A stretch of DNA of 64,000 bases from the human T2T-CHM13v2.0 reference genome, Homo sapiens: NCBI RefSeq assembly GCF_009914755.1, contig NC_060928.1. One strand, given 5' to 3'. This document shows positions 54,301-64,000 of this stretch, piece by piece (the stretch's first letter is position 1; each line of letters starts with the position of its first letter). Under the pieces are notes generated by a model. The model was given only the letters and a program-made list of their open reading frames with translations, was not told where the DNA came from and did not search any database. Made by a program: the position numbers and the translations under genes.

Positions 54301-57300
54301 AGAGTTGAAACTTTGTTTTGATACAGCATTTTGGAAACACTCTTTTTGTAGAATCTGCAGGTGGATATTTGGATAGCTTAGAGGGATTCGTTGGAAAGGG
54401 GATATCTTCATATAAAATCTAGACAGAAGCATTCTCAGAAACTTATTTGTGATGTGTGTCCTCAACTAACAGAGTTGAACCTTGGTTTTGATACAGCATT
54501 TTGGAAACACTCCTTTTGTAGAATCTGCAGGTGGATATGTGGATAGCTCTGAAGATTTCGTTGGAAACGGGAATTTCTTCATATAAAATCAAACAGAAGC
54601 ATTCTCAGAAACTTCTCAGTGATGTTTGCATTCAGCTCATGGAGTTGAACACTTCCTTTCATAGAGCCGGTTTGAAACACTCTTTCTGCACTACCTGGAA
54701 GAGGACATTTCGAGCGCTTTGAGTCCTATGGTGAAAAAGGAAATATCTTCTCATAAAAACCAGAAAGAAGCATTCTCAGAAACTTCTTTGTGTTGTGTGT
54801 ACTCATGTAACAGTGTTGAACCATCCTTTTGACAGAGCAGTTTTGAAACACTCTTTTTGTAGAATCTGCAAGTGGATATTTGGATAGCTTTGAGGATTTC
54901 GTTGGAAACGGGATGACATATAATATCTAGAGAGAAGCATTCTCAGGAACTTCTTTGTGATGTTTGCATTCAAGTCACAGAATTGAACATTCCCTTTCAT
55001 AGAGCAGGTTTGAAACACTCTTTCTCTAGTATCTGGAAGTGGGCATTTCAAGCGCTTTCAGGCCTATGGAGAGAAAGGGAATACCTTCAAATAAAAACTA
55101 GACAGAAGCATTCTCAGAAACTTATTTGTGATGTGTGTCCTCAACTAACAGAGTTGAACCTTTGTTTTGATACAGCATTTTGGAAACACTCCTTTTGTAG
55201 AATCTGCAGGTGGATATTTGGATAGCTTTGAAGATTTCGTTGGAAACCGGAATATCTTCATATAAAATCAAGACAGAAGCATTCTCGGAAACATCTCTGT
55301 GATGTTTGCATTCAACTCAGTAGAGTTGAACACTTCCTTTCATAGAGCAGGTTTGAAACACTCTTTCTGCACTACCTGGAAGCGGACATTTCGAGCGCTT
55401 TGAGGCCTATGGTGAAAAAGGAAATATCTTCTCATAAAAACCAGAAAGAAGCATTCTCAGAAACTTCTTTGTGTTGTGTGTACTCAAGTAACAGTGTTGA
55501 ACCTTCCTTTTGACACAGCAGTTTTGAAACACTCTTTTGGTAGAATCTGCAAGTGGATATTTGGAGAGCTTTGAGGATTTCGTTGGAAACGGGTTATCTT
55601 CATATAAAATCCAGACAGGAGCATTCTCAGAAACTTCTTTGTGCTGTATGTCCTCAATTCACAGAGCTGAACCTTTGTTTGGATACAGCATTTTGGAGAC
55701 ATTCCTTTAGTAGAATCTGCAAGTTGATATTTAGATAGCTTTGAAGATTTCGTTGGAAACGGGAATATCTTCATAGAAAATCTAGACGGAAGCATTCTCA
55801 GAAACTGCTTTGTGATGTTTGCATTCAAGTCACAGAGTTGAATATTCCCTTTTATAGAGTAGGTTTGAAACACTCTTTCGGCACTACCTGGAAGTGGATA
55901 TTTCGAGCTCTTTGAGGCCTATGGTTAAAAGGAAATATCTTCCCATAAAAACTAGACAGAAGTCGTCTCAGAAACTTGTTTGTGATGTGTGTATTCAACT
56001 AACAGAGTTGAACATTTCTGTTACAGAGCAATTTTAAAACACTCTTTTTGTGGAATCTGAAAGTGGATAATTGGATAGCTTTGTGGATTTCGTTGGAAAC
56101 GGGATGACGTATAAAATCTAGAGAGAAGCATTCTCAGGAACTTCTTTCTGATGTTTGCATTCAAGTCACAGAATTGAACATTCCTTTTCATAGTGCAGGT
56201 TTGAAACACTCTTTCTGTAGTATCTGGAAGTGGACATTTCAAGCGCTTTCAGGCCTACGGGGAGAAAGGAAATATCTTCAAATAAAAACTAGACAGAAGG
56301 ATTCTCAGAAACTTATTTGTGATGTGTGTCCTAAACGAACACAGTTGAACCTTTGTTTTGATACAGCATTTTGGAAACACTCCTTTTGTAGGATCTGCAG
56401 GTGGATATTTGGATAGATTTTAAGATTTCGTTGGAAACGGGAGTTTCTTCATATAAACTCAAGACAGATGCATTCTCCGAAACCTCTCTGTGATGTTTGC
56501 ATTCCACTCATAGAGTTGAAAACTTCCTTTCATAGAGCAGGTTTGAAACACTCTTTTTGTAATATTTGGAAGTGGACATTTGCAGCGCTTTGAGGCCTAT
56601 GGTGAAAAAGGAAATATCTTCTCATAAAAACCAGAAACAAGCATTCTCAGAAACTTCTTTTTGATGTGTGTACTCAAGTAACAGAGTTGAACCTTCCTTT
56701 TGACACAGCAGTTTTGAAACAATCTTTTTGTAGAATCTGCAAGTGGATATTTGGATAGCTTTGAGGATTTCGTTGGAAACGGGATATCTTCATATAAAAT
56801 CTAGACAGAAGCATTCTCAGAAACTTCTTTGTGCTGTATGTCCTCAATTAACAGAGTTGAACCATTGCTTGGATACAGCATTTTGGAAAGATTCCTTTAG
56901 TAGAATCTGCAAGTTGATATTTAGATAGATTTGAAGATTTCGTTGGAAAAGGGAATATCTCCATAGAAAATCTAGAGGGAAGCATTCTCAGAAACTGCTT
57001 TGTGATGTTTCCATTCAAGTCACAGAGTTGAATATTCCCTTTTATAGAGCACGTTTGAAACACTCTTTCTGCACTATCTGGAAGTGGACATTTCGAGCGC
57101 TTTGAGGCCTATGGTGAAAAAGGAAATATCTTCCCACAAAAACTAGACAGAAGCATTCTCAGAAACTTGTTTGTGATGTGTGTATTCAACTAACAGAGTT
57201 GAACTTTTGTTTTTACAGAGCCGTTTTAAAACACTCTTTTTGTGGAATCAGAAAGTGGATATTCGGATGGCTCTGAGGATTTCGTTGGAAGCGGGATTAC

Positions 57301-60300
57301 ATATAAAATCTAGAGAGAAGCATTCTCAGGAACTTCTTTGTGATGTTTGCATTGAAGTCACAGAATTGAACATTCACTTTGATAGAGCAGGTTTGAAACA
57401 CTCATTCTGTAGTATCTGGAAGTGGACATTTCAAGCGCTTTCAGGCCTATGGTGAGAAAGGAAATATCTTCGAATAAAAACTAGACAGAAGCATCCTCAG
57501 AAACTTATTTGTGATGTGTGTCCTCAACTAACAGAGTTGAAACTTTGTTTTGATACAGCATTTTGGAAACACTCTTTTTGTAGAATCTGCAGGTGGATAT
57601 TTGGATAGCTTAGAGGGATTCGTTGGAAAGGGGATATCTTCATATAAAATCTAGACAGAAGCATTCTCAGAAACTTATTTGTGATGTGTGTCCTCAACTA
57701 ACAGAGTTGAACCTTGGTTTTGATACAGCATTTTGGAAACACTCCTTTTGTAGAATCTGCAGGTGGATATGTGGATAGCTCTGAAGATTTCGTTGGAAAC
57801 GGGAATTTCTTCATATAAAATCAAACAGAAGCATTCTCAGAAACTTCTCAGTGATGTTTGCATTCAGCTCATGGAGTTGAACACTTCCTTTCATAGAGCC
57901 GGTTTGAAACACTCTTTCTGCACTACCTGGAAGAGGACATTTCGAGCGCTTTGAGTCCTATGGTGAAAAAGGAAATATCTTCTCATAAAAACCAGAAAGA
58001 AGCATTCTCAGAAACTTCTTTGTGTTGTGTGTACTCATGTAACAGTGTTGAACCATCCTTTTGACAGAGCAGTTTTGAAACACTCTTTTTGTAGAATCTG
58101 CAAGTGGATATTTGGATAGCTTTGAGGATTTCGTTGGAAACGGGATGACATATAATATCTAGAGAGAAGCATTCTCAGGAACTTCTTTGTGATGTTTGCA
58201 TTCAAGTCACAGAATTGAACATTCCCTTTCATAGAGCAGGTTTGAAACACTCTTTCTCTAGTATCTGGAAGTGGGCATTTCAAGCGCTTTCAGGCCTACG
58301 GAGAGAAAGGGAATACCTTCAAATAAAAACTAGACAGAAGCATTCTCAGAAACTTATTTGTGATGTGTGTCCTCAACTAACAGAGTTGAACCTTTGTTTT
58401 GATACAGCATTTTGGAAACACTCCTTTTGTAGAATCTGCAGGTGGATATTTGGATAGCTTTGAAGATTTCGTTGGAAACCGGAATATCTTCATATAAAAT
58501 CAAGACAGAAGCATTCTCGGAAACATCTCTGTGATGTTTGCATTCAACTCAGTAGAGTTGAACACTTCCTTTCATAGAGCAGGTTTGAAACACTCTTTCT
58601 GCACTACCTGGAAGCGGACATTTCGAGCGCTTTGAGGCCTATGGTGAAAAAGGAAATATCTTCTCATAAAAACCAGAAAGAAGCATTCTCAGAAACTTCT
58701 TTGTGTTGTGTGTACTCAAGTAACAGTGTTGAACCTTCCTTTTGACACAGCAGTTTTGAAACACTCTTTTGGTAGAATCTGCAAGTGGATATTTGGAGAG
58801 CTTTGAGGATTTCGTTGGAAACGGGTTATCTTCATATAAAATCCAGACAGGAGCATTCTCAGAAACTTCTTTGTGCTGTATGTCCTCAATTCACAGAGCT
58901 GAACCTTTGTTTGGATACAGCATTTTGGAGACATTCCTTTAGTAGAATCTGCAAGTTGATATTTAGATAGCTTTGAAGATTTCGTTGGAAACGGGAATAT
59001 CTTCATAGAAAATCTAGACGGAAGCATTCTCAGAAACTGCTTTGTGATGTTTGCATTCAAGTCACAGAGTTGAATATTCCCTTTTATAGAGTAGGTTTGA
59101 AACACTCTTTCGGCACTACCTGGAAGTGGATATTTCGAGCTCTTTGAGGCCTATGGTTAAAAGGAAATATCTTCCCATAAAAACTAGACAGAAGCCGTCT
59201 CAGAAACTTGTTTGTGATGTGTGTATTCAACTAACAGAGTTGAACATTTCTGTTACAGAGCAATTTTAAAACACTCTTTTTGTGGAATCTGAAAGTGGAT
59301 AATTGGATAGCTTTGTGGATTTCGTTGGAAACGGGATGACGTATAAAATCTAGAGAGAAGCATTCTCAGGAACTTCTTTCTGATGTTTGCATTCAAGTCA
59401 CAGAATTGAACATTCCTTTTCATAGTGCAGGTTTGAAACACTCTTTCTGTAGTATCTGGAAGTGGACATTTCAAGCGCTTTCAGGCCTACGGGGAGAAAG
59501 GAAATATCTTCAAATAAAAACTAGACAGAAGGATTCTCAGAAACTTATTTGTGATGTGTGTCCTAAACGAACACAGTTGAACCTTTGTTTTGATACAGCA
59601 TTTTGGAAACACTCCTTTTGTAGGATCTGCAGGTGGATATTTGGATAGATTTTAAGATTTCGTTGGAAACGGGAGTTTCTTCATATAAACTCAAGACAGA
59701 TGCATTCTCCGAAACTTCTCTGTGATGTTTGCATTCCACTCATAGAGTTGAAAACTTCCTTTCATAGAGCAGGTTTGAAACACTCTTTTTGTAATATTTG
59801 GAAGTGGACATTTGCAGCGCTTTGAGGCCTATGGTGAAAAAGGAAATATCTTCTCATAAAAACCAGAAACAAGCATTCTCAGAAACTTCTTTTTGATGTG
59901 TGTACTCAAGTAACAGAGTTGAACCTTCCTTTTGACACAGCAGTTTTGAAACAATCTTTTTGTAGAATCTGCAAGTGGATATTTGGATAGCTTTGAGGAT
60001 TTCGTTGGAAACGGGATATCTTCATATAAAATCTAGACAGAAGCATTCTCAGAAACTTCTTTGTGCTGTATGTCCTCAATTAACAGAGTTGAACCATTGC
60101 TTGGATACAGCATTTTGGAAACATTCCTTTAGTAGAATCTGCAAGTTGATATTTAGATAGATTTGAAGATTTCGTTGGAAAAGGGAATATCTCCATAGAA
60201 AATCTAGAGGGAAGCATTCTCAGAAACTGCTTTGTGATGTTTCCATTCAAGTCACAGAGTTGAATATTCCCTTTTATAGAGCACGTTTGAAACACTCTTT

Positions 60301-61236
60301 CTGCACTATCTGGAAGTGGACATTTCGAGCGCTTTGAGGCCTATGGTGAAAAAGGAAATATCTTCCCACAAAAACTAGACAGAAGCATTCTCAGAAACTT
60401 GTTTGTGATGTGTGTATTCAACTAACAGAGTTGAACTTTTGTTTTTACAGAGCCGTTTTAAAACACTCTTTTTGTGGAATCAGAAAGTGGATATTCGGAT
60501 GGCTCTGAGGATTTCGTTGGAAGCGGGATTACATATAAAATCTAGAGAGAAGCATTCTCAGGAACTTCTTTGTGATGTTTGCATTGAAGTCACAGAATTG
60601 AACATTCACTTTGATAGAGCAGGTTTGAAACACTCATTCTGTAGTATCTGGAAGTGGACATTTCAAGCGCTTTCAGGCCTATGGTGAGAAAGGAAATATC
60701 TTCGAATAAAAACTAGACAGAAGCATCCTCAGAAACTTATTTGTGATGTGTGTCCTCAACTAACAGAGTTGAAACTTTGTTTTGATACAGCATTTTGGAA
60801 ACACTCTTTTTGTAGAATCTGCAGGTGGATATTTGGATAGCTTAGAGGGATTCGTTGGAAAGGGGATATCTTCATATAAAATCTAGACAGAAGCATTCTC
60901 AGAAACTTATTTGTGATGTGTGTCCTCAACTAACAGAGTTGAACCTTGGTTTTGATACAGCATTTTGGAAACGCTCCTTTTGTAGAATCTGCAGGTGGAT
61001 ATGTGGATAGCTCTGAAGATTTCGTTGGAAACGGGAATTTCTTCATATAAAATCAAACAGAAGCATTCTCAGAAACTTCTCAGTGATGTTTGCATTCAGC
61101 TCATGGAGTTGAACACTTCCTTTCATAGAGCCGGTTTGAAACACTCTTTCTGCACTACCTGGAAGAGGACATTTCGAGCGCTTTGAGTCCTATGGTGAAA
61201 AAGGAAATATCTTCTCATAAAAACCAGAAAGAAGCA
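48309..61236 (+). repeat. HOR copies 15-18, canonical 19-mers (starts 48309, 51541, 54773, 58005)
   Basis: Marker ORF spacing 3232. Confidence 0.93.
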
Positions 61237-64000
61237 TTCTCAGAAACTTCTTTGTGTTGTGTGTACTCATGTAACAGTGTTGAACCATCCTTTTGACAGA
61301 GCAGTTTTGAAACACTCTTTTTGTAGAATCTGCAAGTGGATATTTGGATAGCTTTGAGGATTTCGTTGGAAACGGGATGACATATAATATCTAGAGAGAA
61401 GCATTCTCAGGAACTTCTTTGTGATGTTTGCATTCAAGTCACAGAATTGAACATTCCCTTTCATAGAGCAGGTTTGAAACACTCTTTCTCTAGTATCTGG
61501 AAGTGGGCATTTCAAGCGCTTTCAGGCCTATGGAGAGAAAGGGAATACCTTCAAATAAAAACTAGACAGAAGCATTCTCAGAAACTTATTTGTGATGTGT
61601 GTCCTCAACTAACAGAGTTGAACCTTTGTTTTGATACAGCATTTTGGAAACACTCCTTTTGTAGAATCTGCAGGTGGATATTTGGATAGCTTTGAAGATT
61701 TCGTTGGAAACCGGAATATCTTCATATAAAATCAAGACAGAAGCATTCTCGGAAACATCTCTGTGATGTTTGCATTCAACTCAGTAGAGTTGAACACTTC
61801 CTTTCATAGAGCAGGTTTGAAACACTCTTTCTGCACTACCTGGAAGCGGACATTTCGAGCGCTTTGAGGCCTATGGTGAAAAAGGAAATATCTTCTCATA
61901 AAAACCAGAAAGAAGCATTCTCAGAAACTTCTTTGTGTTGTGTGTACTCAAGTAACAGTGTTGAACCTTCCTTTTGACACAGCAGTTTTGAAACACTCTT
62001 TTGGTAGAATCTGCAAGTGGATATTTGGAGAGCTTTGAGGATTTCGTTGGAAACGGGTTATCTTCATATAAAATCCAGACAGGAGCATTCTCAGAAACTT
62101 CTTTGTGCTGTATGTCCTCAATTCACAGAGCTGAACCTTTGTTTGGATACAGCATTTTGGAGACATTCCTTTAGTAGAATCTGCAAGTTGATATTTAGAT
62201 AGCTTTGAAGATTTCGTTGGAAACGGGAATATCTTCATAGAAAATCTAGACGGAAGCATTCTCAGAAACTGCTTTGTGATGTTTGCATTCAAGTCACAGA
62301 GTTGAATATTCCCTTTTATAGAGTAGGTTTGAAACACTCTTTCGGCACTACCTGGAAGTGGATATTTCGAGCTCTTTGAGGCCTATGGTTAAAAGGAAAT
62401 ATCTTCCCATAAAAACTAGACAGAAGTCGTCTCAGAAACTTGTTTGTGATGTGTGTATTCAACTAACAGAGTTGAACATTTCTGTTACAGAGCAATTTTA
62501 AAACACTCTTTTTGTGGAATCTGAAAGTGGATAATTGGATAGCTTTGTGGATTTCGTTGGAAACGGGATGACGTATAAAATCTAGAGAGAAGCATTCTCA
62601 GGAACTTCTTTCTGATGTTTGCATTCAAGTCACAGAATTGAACATTCCTTTTCATAGTGCAGGTTTGAAACACTCTTTCTGTAGTATCTGGAAGTGGACA
62701 TTTCAAGCGCTTTCAGGCCTACGGGGAGAAAGGAAATATCTTCAAATAAAAACTAGACAGAAGGATTCTCAGAAACTTATTTGTGATGTGTGTCCTAAAC
62801 GAACACAGTTGAACCTTTGTTTTGATACAGCATTTTGGAAACACTCCTTTTGTAGGATCTGCAGGTGGATATTTGGATAGATTTTAAGATTTCGTTGGAA
62901 ACGGGAGTTTCTTCATATAAACTCAAGACAGATGCATTCTCCGAAACTTCTCTGTGATGTTTGCATTCCACTCATAGAGTTGAAAACTTCCTTTCATAGA
63001 GCAGGTTTGAAACACTCTTTTTGTAATATTTGGAAGTGGACATTTGCAGCGCTTTGAGGCCTATGGTGAAAAAGGAAATATCTTCTCATAAAAACCAGAA
63101 ACAAGCATTCTCAGAAACTTCTTTTTGATGTGTGTACTCAAGTAACAGAGTTGAACCTTCCTTTTGACACAGCAGTTTTGAAACAATCTTTTTGTAGAAT
63201 CTGCAAGTGGATATTTGGATAGCTTTGAGGATTTCGTTGGAAACGGGATATCTTCATATAAAATCTAGACAGAAGCATTCTCAGAAACTTCTTTGTGCTG
63301 TATGTCCTCAATTAACAGAGTTGAACCATTGCTTGGATACAGCATTTTGGAAAGATTCCTTTAGTAGAATCTGCAAGTTGATATTTAGATAGATTTGAAG
63401 ATTTCGTTGGAAAAGGGAATATCTCCATAGAAAATCTAGAGGGAAGCATTCTCAGAAACTGCTTTGTGATGTTTCCATTCAAGTCACAGAGTTGAATATT
63501 CCCTTTTATAGAGCACGTTTGAAACACTCTTTCTGCACTATCTGGAAGTGGACATTTCGAGCGCTTTGAGGCCTATGGTGAAAAAGGAAATATCTTCCCA
63601 CAAAAACTAGACAGAAGCATTCTCAGAAACTTGTTTGTGATGTGTGTATTCAACTAACAGAGTTGAACTTTTGTTTTTACAGAGCCGTTTTAAAACACTC
63701 TTTTTGTGGAATCAGAAAGTGGATATTCGGATGGCTCTGAGGATTTCGTTGGAAGCGGGATTACATATAAAATCTAGAGAGAAGCATTCTCAGGAACTTC
63801 TTTGTGATGTTTGCATTGAAGTCACAGAATTGAACATTCACTTTGATAGAGCAGGTTTGAAACACTCATTCTGTAGTATCTGGAAGTGGACATTTCAAGC
63901 GCTTTCAGGCCTATGGTGAGAAAGGAAATATCTTCGAATAAAAACTAGACAGAAGCATCCTCAGAAACTTATTTGTGATGTGTGTCCTCAACTAACAGAG
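61237..64000 (+). repeat. HOR copy 19, partial (m1 to start of m17), truncated by the window end
   Basis: Colinear with copy 1 up to the ATCCTCAGAAAC start of m17 at ~63958. Confidence 0.9.

Larger units (their letters stand above)
1..64000 (+). repeat. Centromeric alpha-satellite HOR array, 3232 bp 19-mer; probably human chr4 D4Z1 (SF2)
   Basis: Tandem 166-172 bp monomers starting CATTCTCAGAAACTT and carrying either CENP-B boxes (TTTCGTTGGAAACGGGA) or A-type boxes (CTATGGTGAAAAAGGAA). Identical ORFs recur at 211, 3443, 6675... (period 3232). The alpha-satellite call is certain; the D4Z1 assignment is inferred from the 19-mer/3.2 kb size and dimeric A/B organisation. Confidence 0.97.

Noticed and set aside
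85-63919. About 200 short ORFs (61-129 aa) on both strands, e.g. the recurring 129 aa MFQTYSIKG... ORF
   Set aside because: They recur with the satellite period, overlap on opposite strands, often begin at GTG/TTG, and open or close with single SNPs. They are translations of alpha satellite with no recognisable domain.
1-64000. CRISPR-like array (conserved motifs separated by variable sequence)
   Set aside because: The intervening sequences are homologous monomer bodies, not unique spacers. The unit is ~171 bp and there are no cas genes.
1-64000. Transposon (L1/Alu) insertion or inversion within the array
   Set aside because: All inter-marker distances are explained by whole-monomer gains or losses and two 1 bp deletions. 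I saw no poly-A tail, foreign sequence or strand switch.
1-64000. Claim that this window is the kinetochore (CENP-A/CDR) site
   Set aside because: Kinetochore position is epigenetic and needs methylation or CENP-A data; it cannot be read from sequence.
1-64000. A previously undescribed biological system
   Set aside because: Everything seen is explained by a known class of alpha-satellite HOR and its known turnover mechanisms. Only the specific structural variants and haplotype arrangement might be unreported, and I cannot check that.

Overview
The whole 64 kb window is an uninterrupted, same-orientation array of primate centromeric alpha satellite (~171 bp monomers). It is organised as a 3232 bp, 19-monomer higher-order repeat (HOR) with very similar copies. 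The best match from established knowledge is the human chromosome 4 active array D4Z1 (SF2, S2C4H1L); this was not confirmed by a search. The window holds 18 complete HOR copies and a partial 19th. Fifteen complete copies are canonical 19-mers (one has a 1 bp deletion), two are 26-mers (internal 7-monomer duplication, +1190 bp), and one is a 23-mer (the same duplication plus a 508 bp, 3-monomer deletion). I see no genes, RNA genes, transposons, inversions or CRISPR arrays; every ORF in the track recurs with the satellite period and is spurious. I found no new biological system. What is of interest is the array's history: a 7+7+5 internal architecture, a shared hybrid-monomer junction, a nested ~20.6 kb multi-HOR duplication with a 7.65 kb insert, and two interleaved HOR haplotypes that differ in CENP-B box content. 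Monomer numbers m1-m19 are my own, counted from window position 1. All comparisons were made by eye.
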